From NCBI GenBank assembly GCA_963846575.1, contig CAWJWJ010000002.1, forward strand, positions 864,001-928,000: a DNA stretch of 64,000 bases. The letters run 5' to 3'. Positions 9,755 through 20,470 of this stretch are shown piece by piece (the stretch's first letter is position 1; each line of letters starts with the position of its first letter). The DNA is from an uncultured Nitrospiraceae bacterium. GTDB lineage: Bacteria > Nitrospirota > Nitrospiria > Nitrospirales > Nitrospiraceae. Below the pieces are notes generated by a model, which was not told the origin of the DNA, searched no databases, and was given only the letters and a program-made list of their open reading frames with translations. The position numbers and the translations under genes are program-made.

Positions 9755-10141
9755 CTATTCGGTGATGCCCGGTGCAAGCTGAGTATGCGTCCGTCGCGCC
9801 AGATAGAAACGGTGATTGCACACCCGGCAGCGGAAGGGATAGTAACCGACGGTCTTGGCGAGGCAATCTCGCCACCCAACCCGGCGAGACCGGTACACCA
9901 TCTGGCCACATCGTATGCAATCCAAAGCCGAGGGTTGCGCTCTCGGCCTGTGATGCCGTAACCACGTAGTCAGCCCCCGGAAGAATCTCTTTCCTGCTCC
10001 CAAAGGCGGGCGCTGCGAACCACCGGCCCAACAGGTAATGCTCTCCCAGTGGGACGATAGTATAAGCCACCACCACGGAGGGGTGACCCCACCGGATCTT
10101 CTGAGGCGTCGGCTGGTAGAACTTGCTCGAACCGGTTCCAT
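9755..10141 (-). CDS. Small zinc-ribbon-like hypothetical protein (start uncertain)
   Basis: CIRC..RSRR..YYPFRCRVCNHRF double CxxC; ATG abuts the upstream stop (TAGATG). Confidence 0.5.
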   Translation of the reverse strand: MEPVRASSTSRRLRRSGGVTPPWWWLILSSHWESITCWAGGSQRPPLGAGKRFFRGLTTWLRHHRPRAQPSALDCIRCGQMVYRSRRVGWRDCLAKTVGYYPFRCRVCNHRFYLARRTHTQLAPGITE

Positions 10142-11329
10142 CTAGGAAATCACGAGGTGCTTGGAACCACGACCCGTGAGAGGGAAAGCCTCGTCTCCCA
10201 CCCCCGGAACGTTTTCCCGCAATAAGTCGTGGATTTGTGCACCAATTCGGATGGGGTGGAGATAGCGGTCAAAGTACTGGGCACTTTCTCTCTTCATGTC
10301 TTCATGCAAATTAGGCTGACCAAGCAGTTCCTGCACCATTTCAGGAATCATGGCGTAGTGGGAGTCAGAGGCGACCGGGTCCTCATTGGAGGTTGTCGCA
10401 TTGAGCGAATAGTAGTGTTGGTTTGGAACCAAGCGAGCGGGCCAAAGCGTCTTTGGATGTTGATCGAGCACCGTGCAGGCTCCCAGTGCCAGGAGGTCGG
10501 TCATGCGCCAGGACATACAGTGGTGATTGCCCAGACGGGAAATGTTCAGCTTGGATCGGGCTGTCACATCCCAGAGTTGCTTCAGGCCGAAGCGCGCGGT
10601 GATTGTTGGAATCCCGCTCAGGCGCAGGCGTCTGGCCTGAGCTTCAGTATCCCCGATCACCAACTCTGCCAATAAAAATTTCTTGGCCCGTACCTTCGCC
10701 ATCGCTTCGAGTAGCCGTATGCTGTGTTCGACCCCCTCGATGCCGCTCGGTCCCCCCCACACGCGTACATAGAAGCAGAGATCGAAGACCGGCGGGCACT
10801 CCCTCAGCGCTTTCAGCTTCTCGATATGGGGAAGAATTACGGGATTACAGTTGTAGAACGGGCGCACTCGCGGGTCGTATCGTTGCCCCGCCCAGTAATT
10901 CGTCTTCAGGTAGAGATCGCATCCATCTAGCAATGACGGAGAATTGATCGCGCCAGAGTCATGGGTGTCAATGCAGACTTTCGCACTACAAAGCGCGTCA
11001 AGCCAGAATAAATATTCACCCACGAGGGAAGCGGAAGGGGCGGTTTGCGCGCCGACATGTTGCGCGACCCAATCGAGATATTCACCGACTGCTACCACCC
11101 TGCTTCCTAACACGCGTCGAAGAGTCGAGGCATCGCGGACCCGCCGAAGCACTTTGAGAACAGTGGGAAAGTGTGTGCGACACAAGACCCGGAGGTCTAG
11201 TCCTTGCGATCGGAGAAATTGCCTGAGCCCCGTTTGATAGTACTCTTGATATCGGTCGTGCCACTTGTCGTAGGGAAAGGTCTTCGCTACCACCGAACTC
11301 GGGGCGCGATCAACGGCTACGGTCATCAT
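10142..11329 (-). CDS. Putative glycosyltransferase (GT-B, CgeB/Glyco_trans_1_2-like C-terminus)
   Basis: DLYLKTNY, SKLNISRLG..SWRMTDLLALGACTV, LVPNQHY, AQYFDRYLHP; GGAGG RBS before ATG 11329. Confidence 0.6.
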   Translation of the reverse strand: MMTVAVDRAPSSVVAKTFPYDKWHDRYQEYYQTGLRQFLRSQGLDLRVLCRTHFPTVLKVLRRVRDASTLRRVLGSRVVAVGEYLDWVAQHVGAQTAPSASLVGEYLFWLDALCSAKVCIDTHDSGAINSPSLLDGCDLYLKTNYWAGQRYDPRVRPFYNCNPVILPHIEKLKALRECPPVFDLCFYVRVWGGPSGIEGVEHSIRLLEAMAKVRAKKFLLAELVIGDTEAQARRLRLSGIPTITARFGLKQLWDVTARSKLNISRLGNHHCMSWRMTDLLALGACTVLDQHPKTLWPARLVPNQHYYSLNATTSNEDPVASDSHYAMIPEMVQELLGQPNLHEDMKRESAQYFDRYLHPIRIGAQIHDLLRENVPGVGDEAFPLTGRGSKHLVIS

Positions 11330-11962
11330 CTCAGGCCTCCTTCTACAACTGCCCAACGTCGATGTCCCGAGCAGCGCAGCCACACGCTAAAACCATCAGT
11401 AGATCCACTGTGAATGGTTTGGCATACACTAAGTGCAACGACGTATCCTGTCAATACATTTTGGACGTCGCACGCAAGAAATATTAGTTGTATTCGACTG
11501 AAAAACCGTGGATTTAATTGGAGGGTGGTTCTAGCGCTCGGAGAGGGGCGTTGGTTAAAGGTTGAGGCGGTCTCTCCGCGACCTGCGGCAAAATTCAGGT
11601 TCGCTATTCAAAATCGTGACAGCTTGTTCCCGCGGGTCTGAATTTTTTTCATCGGCCTGCCGTCTCAACTCGGATGTATGTCCGGTACCGTCACGTCAAG
11701 GCCGTTCAAAGTGCGTCAGCGCCTGATCGTGATCGGCCTTGGCCTGGTCAAGAATCGTGAGCCGATGGCTCACCTTCTGTCTGAATCTGCCGAATGGTTG
11801 TTGTACCGGCGGGGTGCACCGCCAACTACGAAGCGATCGTACCAGCCTGTTGAGTTACACGTACGATCGCCGCGACTGAGCCTGACCGGACGAAGGAGCG
11901 GTCAGACTGCAGACCACAAGTAGGCAGGCGATCCGAGGAATGGCAAGTCGGGCCGTCACCGC

Positions 11963-14900
11963 TTATCGTTGTCGTGTGGTGGCGTATCTGGTGCTGTCCA
12001 TCTCGGTGATCTCCATCAGATCCTGGCTTGTGAATTCGTACCACATCGTGCCGATCTGTCCTGAACGTTCGTCATAGAGCACCATTTGGCCGCGAGAGGG
12101 TTCGGGTCTGCCGCGAACCGGATCCCGGCCGATCTTGACGTCCATTTTGCCTTCCGATGTTGTCCCGTCCGTCGAGACGAGCGTGAATTTGGCGTTGGCC
12201 TCGATCGTCAGCGTCTTCTCCGGCAGGAACTGATTGTTCGGCGTCATCTTCCAGCGACCCACGACTTCCGGCACCACGCGCGCGCGTGGTGCCATCTGTC
12301 GCACGGCCAAGCGCGACCGTTCCTGGTCCTGTTGCAGCTGCATGTCGATATAGGGGCGTTTCTCCCCGCCCATGCCGGCATAGGGGTCGCGAGGCCGGCG
12401 CGGATGCAGGCGGCCCATGGCCATGTTCAGTTCGTTGAGCTGTCCCCGCAGGTGGTCCGGCAGGTTGCGGCCGGCTTCGTATAAGACCTGTTGCGCGCCT
12501 TCCGGATCGCCCTTCGTCATCAATTCCTTGGCTAGATAGAATTGCGCCTCCGCTGCTGGCGCGCCGGCCAGGCCGCTGAAATTGGTATCGCCTTTTGCAT
12601 TCCCGATCTGTGGCATGCCGGCCATTCTCAATGGTCCGTACATGGCGGCGGCCCGGAGGTGCTCGATCGATTCGTCATGGTTTCCCATCGCCGAGAGCAG
12701 TTTGCCGGTTCGCAGATGAGCGTCGGCCACGAGCGTGGAGGCGTTCTTGGGCGCCATGACCACGGCTCCCTTTTCGGGTGTCTGATCCGGCCACATGGCG
12801 GTGAACATCTGCCGTGACTCAAATCCCCGGCTCATCCGTTTTTCATATCCCAACACGGCCAGATAATGGATCAGTGCGTCATCCTGATTGCCGTTGTGCT
12901 CGGCAATGCTGGCGAGGTGAAGGCGCGTTTGAATGGCCAGTCCGAACTCTAAAGCATCCCGGCCCAGAGGCGCGCCGGCCTCCGGTTTCCGCTCGTCCAA
13001 TTGCAGACGCGCTTCTTCCAATGCCAGGGCGATGCGGTAGTCGGCTGACGCCTCCTCCGGTTTCTCGTCGGCTTCGTGGATCACGCCGAGATAGGCGGGG
13101 ATGCGGGCATCTTCAGGATCGATCGGCTGGGCTCGGGCCAGATAACCCGTCGCCGCTTGCCAGGCCGTTTTCTCCATGCGTGTCCAGGCCAGCCGCAGCA
13201 GGGGAGCAACGGTGGTTTGGACGAGATTGGCGGCGATCAGTCGCTGTTCTTCCGCCTTCTCCCGCTGCCCCGTTTGCGCGTAATGCTGCACCAGGCGATC
13301 CTGGGCTTCCAACGACTTCGGGTCGAGCTTGACCGCTTGCTCGAGATAACCCTGTGCCTCGGCTGCCTTGCCGTCCCACAGGGCCAGGTCCGCCAGAATG
13401 AGATAACCATCGACGGTGCCTTTGGTCACCTTGGCGGCGGTTTCCAAGGCTGACTTGGCCCGGCGGCGAAGTTCGGCCGCCATGGCTTCAAGCTGCGCAG
13501 CCCGGTTCAGATCGGCCTGCGAGGGCGGATAACAGGTCGTCGTCGTCACGCGATAGATGCCGTCGCTCCGGTTTTCGTCATGGGATGAACTCGAGCAACG
13601 CTCCTGCCGCAGACCCCAGGCCTCGTTGGAAAGTTGGTTGGCGCGCATCGCTTTGAATTTTGCATAGAGCCGCAAGGCATCGGGATTGTTGCCGGCCAGG
13701 CCCACGGCCTGATCGGCCAGCTTGTCCGCCTGGCTGTATTGTTTCAGGGCCGTCAGGGCCAAGGCTTTCTGCATCATGGCGCCCACGTGCTTGGCGTGAA
13801 GCGCCAGGGCTTGGTCAGCGATGTGAATCGCCCGTTGTAATTCCTTCTCGCGAGACTCCTGGAAGCGGTAGGGCTGGAGTTCCCGGCGCGGTTCCACGTG
13901 CTCACCGCGGTTGTCGGCCTCCTCGATCAGGTACGTGGCCAGGTTGACGAGTGTGTCGGGATTTTTGGGGTTGTCGCGCACCGCATTGTCGAGGACCCGC
14001 AAGCGTTCCTGGTAGAGCTCGTCATATCGACGCCGCTCGCCGCCCATCACGCGATGCAGCTTCGAGGCGATGGCAACCAGGTGTTCCATCGGTTTGCCGC
14101 CGCGGGCCGACTCTCGTAACGCCTTCATCAATGATTCGGTCGTCCCGCTCACCCTATTGCCGCCCAATTGCTCCTCCACAGCCAGGCGCGCGGATCTGGT
14201 CGAGAGCCATCCCCCTTTCTGATACACGGCGAGGTCCGCAGCCATCCGTTTCTCATCGCCGAGTTGGGCCGCGGCCGTGGCCCGTCCTGCATAGGCCTCC
14301 GGGTAATCGCTTTTCAGGGCGAGCGCCGTCGTGAATGCGTGGCGGGCGCTGGCCGGTCGACCGGCGTCGAGCCAGGCCTTCCCTGCCTGGTAGTGCGCAT
14401 CGGGGTCACCGGGGTTCGCTGCGAGCGCGCGCTCCACATGGGCCATGGATGCATCGGGGGTTTTTCCGCCGGACGTGTGTTTGGCTCGTGAGACGTTGAG
14501 CGAAGCCAGCTCGGGACGCCGGTAGTTCCGTTCCGCGAAGAGTTGACCGGCTTTCAGCAGAGCCTGCCGCATTTGCGGTCCCTTAAGGGTGTTGGGGTTG
14601 CCCGATCCTCCCTGATCCGGAGGCAGGCGATGCTTCTGATATTCCATCGCGAGCCCGTAGATGATAAAGGAGCCGTAGTCGGTCGTGTAATCGTCATGGC
14701 CCTGAGCCATATGTCCGGGGATGCTGACGACGGCGGGGCGTCCGGAGTTGAGGCTTCTGGGCCCGCCTCCGAGGGCATGGTCCGGGACGAGGATGGTTCC
14801 GCTCATCGCCTCGGTTGCCCAGAGCCACAGCTGGGCCTCGCGGCCTTTGAGTCCCAGGCGTTGAGCCCGGTCGAGGTCTTTCTGTGCGCGAGGGAAATTC

Positions 14901-15139
14901 TCTGCCAGCGTGTTCGCCACGCCGCGCGCGAGCACGATGTCGGGATCATCGCCTGCCTGGTCCAGAGCGCGGGAAAAGGCCGACAGGGCATCAGGCCAGC
15001 GGCCTTCGTTCAAGGCATCCAACCCTTCGGCATAGGGGGCGACTCCCGACGCGGGCAACGCCAAGCCGAGAGGCACGGTGCCCAAAAAAGACACGGTCGC
15101 GAGAATGCTTGTGATCAGCAGGTAGCGGAGCGAGGCCAT
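11963..15139 (-). CDS. Large exported tetratricopeptide-repeat protein
   Basis: 1058 aa, signal peptide, many TPR-like units (ALAANPGDPDAHYQAG, AVKLDPKSLEA, IDPEDARIPAYLG); AGGAGG RBS. Confidence 0.85.
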   Translation of the reverse strand: MASLRYLLITSILATVSFLGTVPLGLALPASGVAPYAEGLDALNEGRWPDALSAFSRALDQAGDDPDIVLARGVANTLAENFPRAQKDLDRAQRLGLKGREAQLWLWATEAMSGTILVPDHALGGGPRSLNSGRPAVVSIPGHMAQGHDDYTTDYGSFIIYGLAMEYQKHRLPPDQGGSGNPNTLKGPQMRQALLKAGQLFAERNYRRPELASLNVSRAKHTSGGKTPDASMAHVERALAANPGDPDAHYQAGKAWLDAGRPASARHAFTTALALKSDYPEAYAGRATAAAQLGDEKRMAADLAVYQKGGWLSTRSARLAVEEQLGGNRVSGTTESLMKALRESARGGKPMEHLVAIASKLHRVMGGERRRYDELYQERLRVLDNAVRDNPKNPDTLVNLATYLIEEADNRGEHVEPRRELQPYRFQESREKELQRAIHIADQALALHAKHVGAMMQKALALTALKQYSQADKLADQAVGLAGNNPDALRLYAKFKAMRANQLSNEAWGLRQERCSSSSHDENRSDGIYRVTTTTCYPPSQADLNRAAQLEAMAAELRRRAKSALETAAKVTKGTVDGYLILADLALWDGKAAEAQGYLEQAVKLDPKSLEAQDRLVQHYAQTGQREKAEEQRLIAANLVQTTVAPLLRLAWTRMEKTAWQAATGYLARAQPIDPEDARIPAYLGVIHEADEKPEEASADYRIALALEEARLQLDERKPEAGAPLGRDALEFGLAIQTRLHLASIAEHNGNQDDALIHYLAVLGYEKRMSRGFESRQMFTAMWPDQTPEKGAVVMAPKNASTLVADAHLRTGKLLSAMGNHDESIEHLRAAAMYGPLRMAGMPQIGNAKGDTNFSGLAGAPAAEAQFYLAKELMTKGDPEGAQQVLYEAGRNLPDHLRGQLNELNMAMGRLHPRRPRDPYAGMGGEKRPYIDMQLQQDQERSRLAVRQMAPRARVVPEVVGRWKMTPNNQFLPEKTLTIEANAKFTLVSTDGTTSEGKMDVKIGRDPVRGRPEPSRGQMVLYDERSGQIGTMWYEFTSQDLMEITEMDSTRYATTRQR

Positions 15140-15472
15140 AAGACCTCCTTAGTCAGGGGGAGGGTAGGCAGCAAAGTGTAGACTCAGCGCCGCCTTCGTT
15201 CAAGTAGGAATGATGCGCGAGCCAGTAGAGGCTGATCTACCCCTGTATGCAGGGCTGGAGGTTGACGAAGCGCGAGTCAAGCCTGCCTGGCTCATCGGAG
15301 TGACAACCAAGCTGGTCATCGCGACCCTGCCGCTGTCATGGCCAGGTCGCGGGACTCTCGATGGAGCACTAGCGGAATACCTAGTGGAAGGAAGACATGA
15401 TCCGGGCCATTGTAAGAGAAGTAAAGAACGTGTCGTCACACGGTCGTGATGCACGTGATGCAAAGGAGAATT

Positions 15473-15937
15473 ATGAAAGGCTTGCCCCTGCCCCTCTGGC
15501 CCCGTTCCACCTTCGCCCTTCTGTTGCTCACGCTCTGCAGTGTGGGGACCAGTGCTGATGCTGGCGCAAGGTGGCAGATTCCCGTGGTTGACGTGACCGG
15601 CTCTCCGGCTGGTTTCGTGCTCCTCATCAAAGAACCAGTCCCTGCCGCCGACGATACGGGCCGGAATGTCCGGGACCGCGACGATCAGACGTTGACCCCC
15701 ATGGACCAGTCGAACGATCCGAAAGATCTGGAGTTGACGCGGGACATTCGCAAGGCGCTCATGGCCGACGACACGCTTTCCACGACAGCCCAGAATATCA
15801 AGATCATTACCAGCCACGGGAAAGTCACGCTCCGTGGCCCGGTCGCGACAGCGAAGGAGAAGGCGGTCATCGGCAAGAAAGCGCAGAAGCTCGCGAAAGG
15901 CCGCGTGGATAATCAACTCGAAGTGACAGTGCGATAA
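15473..15937 (+). CDS. BON-domain (OsmY-like) protein
   Basis: DLELTRDIRKALMADDTLS..NIKIIT..GKVTLRGPV..VDNQLEV; AAGGAG RBS. Confidence 0.9.
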   Translation: MKGLPLPLWPRSTFALLLLTLCSVGTSADAGARWQIPVVDVTGSPAGFVLLIKEPVPAADDTGRNVRDRDDQTLTPMDQSNDPKDLELTRDIRKALMADDTLSTTAQNIKIITSHGKVTLRGPVATAKEKAVIGKKAQKLAKGRVDNQLEVTVR

Positions 15938-15969
15938 TTTGCGGTGATTCACACTCACGGAGGTATGTG

Positions 15970-16524
15970 ATGGCTAAAGCAGTATTCGGTATCGCGAACA
16001 GTGACGTGCAGGCGGAAACGATCGTTGACGCACTCAAGACGGCGGGCTTTAGCAACAATGATATCTCGGTACTCTTGCCCGACAAGGACGGCACGCGGGA
16101 TTTCGCGCACGAGAAAAATACAAAAGCTCCTGAAGGCGCTGCCACCGGCGCCGGCACAGGCGGAGTTGTGGGAGGCGTGCTCGGCTGGCTGGCCGGCATC
16201 GGTTCCTTGGCCATTCCAGGAGTCGGACCGTTTGTGGCCGCCGGACCGATCATGGCGGCGTTGAGCGGCGCAGCGGTGGGAACTGCCGTGGGAGGCCTGA
16301 CCGGCGCGCTCGTCGGACTCGGGATTCCGGAATTCGAGGCCAAGCGCTACGAAGGCAAACTCATGGCAGGCAACATTCTGATCTCCGTGCATTCGGAGAA
16401 CTCCGCGGAGACAGACAGGGCGGAGAAAATTTTCAAGCAGGCCAACGCCCAGGATATTTCCTCTGCGACGGAGAGCGGCGTCAAAAGGGATGATAAGGCT
16501 CCTGCACATCCCGGAATGTTTTAG
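15970..16524 (+). CDS. General stress protein (glycine-rich membrane hairpin, YflT/DUF3341-like)
   Basis: GFSNNDISVL, GAATGAGTGG..LAIPGVGPFVAAGP, GIPEFEAKRYE. Confidence 0.85.
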   Translation: MAKAVFGIANSDVQAETIVDALKTAGFSNNDISVLLPDKDGTRDFAHEKNTKAPEGAATGAGTGGVVGGVLGWLAGIGSLAIPGVGPFVAAGPIMAALSGAAVGTAVGGLTGALVGLGIPEFEAKRYEGKLMAGNILISVHSENSAETDRAEKIFKQANAQDISSATESGVKRDDKAPAHPGMF

Positions 16525-16614
16525 CGCGCAACTGTTGCGGACTTTTTGCCGCGAGGAAGAACCGGGACGCAGGTTGCTCTTCGGGCTGAAGCGCGCAAGG
16601 GCGATCGCTGTTGC

Positions 16615-17121
16615 TCAAGAGGTGTGCGGCGGCCCCTGGACCCGCTCAAAGGTCCCAGTTCCGCATCCCAAGCCTCCGTACGTCATGCCGAAGAACCCGC
16701 AATAGGCTCCGGCCTTGAAGGCCCAGTCTCCGCGCGTGGCGCTCTCGACCCGCCCGTCATGTATGACGAAGGATACGTATTGTGATCCGACTGGAACCAT
16801 CGCCGGCAGGGGAATGACGACTACGAAGAGGACGAGACCGGACCATCGCAACCCGTCGGTCTTGTAGGTCCATTCTTCTTTTCCGTCCGGCCGGGCCAGC
16901 ACCTGGTCCGGCTCCCCCCATCCCGCGCGTAGATCGCTCGCGCTTGCATGCAGTCCCGGCCTCTCGCTGCTGCGAAGATCGAAGGACCCTCTGGCCTGAT
17001 TTATTGTCGGGCGATCGCTCGACTCGGTACGACTCCCCAGCGTCCAGGCCCCGACGCCCAGGCATCCTTGTAACGGCAACAGGACAGCCATCAACATGGC
17101 AATGCGTATGGACTTTTGCAT
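16615..17121 (-). CDS. Hypothetical lipoprotein with SmpA/BamE-like WGEPD motif
   Basis: Lipobox LQGC, WGEPDQV..EEWTY, second hydrophobic segment. Confidence 0.65.
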   Translation of the reverse strand: MQKSIRIAMLMAVLLPLQGCLGVGAWTLGSRTESSDRPTINQARGSFDLRSSERPGLHASASDLRAGWGEPDQVLARPDGKEEWTYKTDGLRWSGLVLFVVVIPLPAMVPVGSQYVSFVIHDGRVESATRGDWAFKAGAYCGFFGMTYGGLGCGTGTFERVQGPPHTS

Positions 17122-17437
17122 CGTCAACCCTTTCTTATCAGCTCTTATCAGCCGCCCGATCGCGCAGCGGTTCCCGCTCCCCTCACCAGGAATAGCCAGG
17201 CGAGCGGGAGCAGGCATGGATCGGCCCGCAGCCTATCCAGATCGCATCTCCAAAACAAGCGGCTTCGTGCCTGTTCAACCGATCTTGAAAGAATTGCTGT
17301 GTCGGTCCGGGCAGGGATCTCAGAGTGTTTCATGGATCTGTGCGCCCCATTCCTGTAAGCTGCCCTGGTGTGGCGAATCATGGCGCTCAGGAGCATGGGA
17401 CCCGCAATATTCGAACGGTGCCCCGCATCACTCGCTG

Positions 17438-20260
17438 ATGGGTAACATGGCATCCGATCCAACCCTGACAGATCTCAGCGTACCGGAAGGGAACCCGCCC
17501 GTCTCGAAAATCTCCTGGGCCCCTTTCACCCGGTTGAATCCACTCGTCCTTGCCACAGCGGTCCTCGCCTTGGCGACGGGTCTGCGCCTCGCGCTGACTT
17601 CTCTATGGGGTGCGGACTATATCTTCATCACGTACTATCCGGCGATCGTGGTGATCGCGCTCGCATCCGGTTGGCGGTATGGCATCGGCGCGACCTTGAT
17701 CGCGGCGGCGCTGTCCGCGGGGCTGCTGTTTGACGAGACATCCTCACTTCTTGAGCAAGCGATCGCCTTGACGGTGTTCGTGACCGCCAACATCATCATC
17801 ATCTCATTGGCCGAAGCCGTGACGCTGGCGCGCATGCGGGCACAGGAGGAGGCCCTCCTCGCGCGGGCCACAGAGGCACGATTGCGTCGCGAACTCCAAG
17901 TACGCGCCAGGGCGGAAGAGGCGCAACGCGCCAGCGAGCGGCAGATACAGTTCGTGACGGACCATGCACCGGTCTGCATTGCCCAGTGCGGAGCAGACGG
18001 CTGGTATCGGTTCGTCAATCAACAATATGGGAAATTGTTCGGGTGGAAACCCGAGGAGATCATCGGCCGGCATCCGCGCGAGGTGCTGGGAGAGGCGGTC
18101 TATGCGCAGGCGGTTCCGTTCATCCAGCAGGTACTCGCCGGTCGGCAGATCCAGTACGATCTGAAACTGCCTCGGGCGGGTTTCGCTGAACGCCTCCTCC
18201 AAGTTACCTATGCGCCGGAGCTGGCTGAGAGCGGCAGGGTGACCGGATTCATTGCGGCGATCGTTGATGTGACCGAGCGACAGCAGGCGGAGACGGCCCG
18301 CGCGACCCTTGCGGCCATCGTCAACTCTTCCGATGACGCCATCATCGGCAAGGATCTCTACGGGTTCATCACCAGCTGGAACCAGGGAGCTGAACGGATC
18401 TTCGGATACAGCCGGGAGGAGGCCGTCGGTCAGTCGGTGACCATCCTCATTCCGCCGGATCGCCTGCATGAAGAACCGCCGATCCTGGAAAAAATCCGGC
18501 GTGGCGAGGTCATTCAACATTACGAAACGGTGCGCCGCTGCAAGGATGGCAGGTTGCGCAACATTTCGTTGACGGTCTCCCCGATCAAGAACGATGAGGG
18601 GGTGATCGTGGGCGTGTCCAAAGTGGCGCGAGACATTACCGAGCGCAAGCGCGCCGAGGAGGCGCTGCGAGAAAGCGAGGCGCGGCATCGGGCCACGTTC
18701 GACAAAGCCGCGGTCGGCATTGCGCACGTCGGCTTGGATGGACGGTGGCTTCGTTTCAACGATGCGATGTGCACGATTACCGGCTACTCCCGCGAGGAAC
18801 TCGGGGCCAAGACCTTTCTCGATATCACCCATCCCGATGACGTCGATGCCGACTGGTCCGCCGCCCGTCGTTTGCGGAACGGTGAGATTGAAACCTATTT
18901 CCGGGAGAAGCGCTATATCCGACAGGACGGCACGGCGGTCTGGACCCATCTGACGGTGTCGCTGCAGCGTGATGCGCAGGGGCGCCCGCAAAACTTCATT
19001 TCGATCGTGCAGGACATTCAGAGTCGGAAAGAAGCGCAAGCGCAGATGCTCCGGCTGGCGGAGGATTTGGAACGGCGGGTCGAAGCACGCACCCGCGAAT
19101 TGGCTGTCTCGCAGGATAAGCTTCGCGCGTTGACGACCGATTTGAACCTGGCCGAGCATCGCATCAGGCAAAAACTCGCCACCGATCTGCATGATTATCT
19201 GGCGCAGCTCCTGGTCTTGAGCCGGATCAAACTCGGGCAGGCCAAGCTGGAAGAAGTGTCGCCGTCGGCGGCCCAAGCCATGACGGAAGTTCAGCAGGTT
19301 ATGGACCAGGCGCTGTCCTATACGCGCACGTTGGTCGCACAGCTCAGCCCGCCGGTTCTCAACGAGTTCGGCCTGCCCATGGCCTTACGATGGCTGGCGG
19401 ACCAGATGCAGCGGGAACTCACCGTCACCTTGGAATTGGAGACGGAGACGCTGTTGTTGCCTGAAGAGCAATCTGTGCTGCTGTTTCAATCGGTCCGGGA
19501 ACTCCTGATGAATATCGTGAAACACGCGGCGACGGCTGAAGCGAAGATCGTGGTGTCGCAGGTGGATGGAGCGCTGCGGATCACCGTGTCGGACCAAGGA
19601 GCCGGCTACGAGCTGGGGACGACGGAGACCGGCCTGGCGCCGGGATTTGGCCTGTTCAGCATTCGTGAGCGAATGAAAGCGCTCGGGGGAGAATTTGAGG
19701 TGCACTCCACCCCGGGAGTCGGCACGACGGCAACCCTGTTGTTGCCGATTGTTCACAGAGAGGTGTCGCGTGCCGAGTCGATCGGTGACGCCTGGGGAAG
19801 CTCCGCACCGAAAGCCGTCGCTGCTGCTGATGCGCTCGATGCGGGATCGCTTCATATCGCGCCGGCCACGACCTTCCTGCCCCCGCCCAAGGTGCGCGTC
19901 CTGTTGGTGGACGACCATCTCATGTTGCGCCAGGGGTTGCGGGCCATTGTGAACCGGCATGTGAGACTGGAAGTCATCGGGGAGGCGGCGGATGGTCTGG
20001 AGGCGATCGACCTGGCGAGGAGACTCAAGCCGGACGTAGTCGTGATGGACGTCAACATGCCGCGCTGCGACGGCATCGCCGCCAGCAAGCGCATCAAGGA
20101 GGAGTCGCCGCACATCGGGATCGTCGCGCTGTCCATGCACGACTCTCCCGAAATGATTGAGCGGATGATCCAGGCAGGCGCGTCCAACTATCTGACGAAG
20201 GAGAGCGCCGGCGAGCAGCTTTGCCACGCGATCGTCGAGGCGGCGGGTCACAATTCCTAA
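17438..20260 (+). CDS. Hybrid sensor histidine kinase: DUF4118-like TM region, 3 PAS/PAC, HisKA_3, HATPase, C-terminal receiver
   Basis: AIVNSSDDAIIGKD..SWNQGAE PAS, LATDLHDYLAQ H-box, GFGLFSIRER, VLLVDDH..DVVVMDVNMP; true start probably 17438 or 17447. Confidence 0.92.
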   Translation: MGNMASDPTLTDLSVPEGNPPVSKISWAPFTRLNPLVLATAVLALATGLRLALTSLWGADYIFITYYPAIVVIALASGWRYGIGATLIAAALSAGLLFDETSSLLEQAIALTVFVTANIIIISLAEAVTLARMRAQEEALLARATEARLRRELQVRARAEEAQRASERQIQFVTDHAPVCIAQCGADGWYRFVNQQYGKLFGWKPEEIIGRHPREVLGEAVYAQAVPFIQQVLAGRQIQYDLKLPRAGFAERLLQVTYAPELAESGRVTGFIAAIVDVTERQQAETARATLAAIVNSSDDAIIGKDLYGFITSWNQGAERIFGYSREEAVGQSVTILIPPDRLHEEPPILEKIRRGEVIQHYETVRRCKDGRLRNISLTVSPIKNDEGVIVGVSKVARDITERKRAEEALRESEARHRATFDKAAVGIAHVGLDGRWLRFNDAMCTITGYSREELGAKTFLDITHPDDVDADWSAARRLRNGEIETYFREKRYIRQDGTAVWTHLTVSLQRDAQGRPQNFISIVQDIQSRKEAQAQMLRLAEDLERRVEARTRELAVSQDKLRALTTDLNLAEHRIRQKLATDLHDYLAQLLVLSRIKLGQAKLEEVSPSAAQAMTEVQQVMDQALSYTRTLVAQLSPPVLNEFGLPMALRWLADQMQRELTVTLELETETLLLPEEQSVLLFQSVRELLMNIVKHAATAEAKIVVSQVDGALRITVSDQGAGYELGTTETGLAPGFGLFSIRERMKALGGEFEVHSTPGVGTTATLLLPIVHREVSRAESIGDAWGSSAPKAVAAADALDAGSLHIAPATTFLPPPKVRVLLVDDHLMLRQGLRAIVNRHVRLEVIGEAADGLEAIDLARRLKPDVVVMDVNMPRCDGIAASKRIKEESPHIGIVALSMHDSPEMIERMIQAGASNYLTKESAGEQLCHAIVEAAGHNS

Positions 20261-20470
20261 ACGGATGGAAGCGGTGCCGGAGGGCGGCTGGCAGCAGCGA
20301 ACAGTGAGGCGTCTCCAGGATGTCGCGATCGGTCGGCGAACTATTCCCACCGGCAACGGGGAAAGAGGAAGTTTCAGGGAGGGGAATCAACCGGCGTTTG
20401 ATCCGGTTCCGTCAGGCGGCGAACTCCGGCATTCGCGGCGCTTGCATCGCGCCGGCGTCTCTTCCCACCG

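Noticed and set aside
11419..11437. Sigma-54-like TGGCA..TGC sequence
   Set aside because: GG-to-GC spacing is 12 rather than 10 nt
17096..17437. N-terminal extension of the hybrid kinase in the ORF track
   Set aside because: Overlaps the divergent lipoprotein start and reads as non-coding; a later ATG is more plausible. The same applies to the ychF, kup, trmL and PPO extensions
17804..19276. 490-aa minus-strand ORF, and similar long antisense ORFs (21069..22223, 29810..30730, 42372..43328, 49289..50233)
   Set aside because: Shadow frames opposite well-supported genes in GC-rich DNA; no domain motifs
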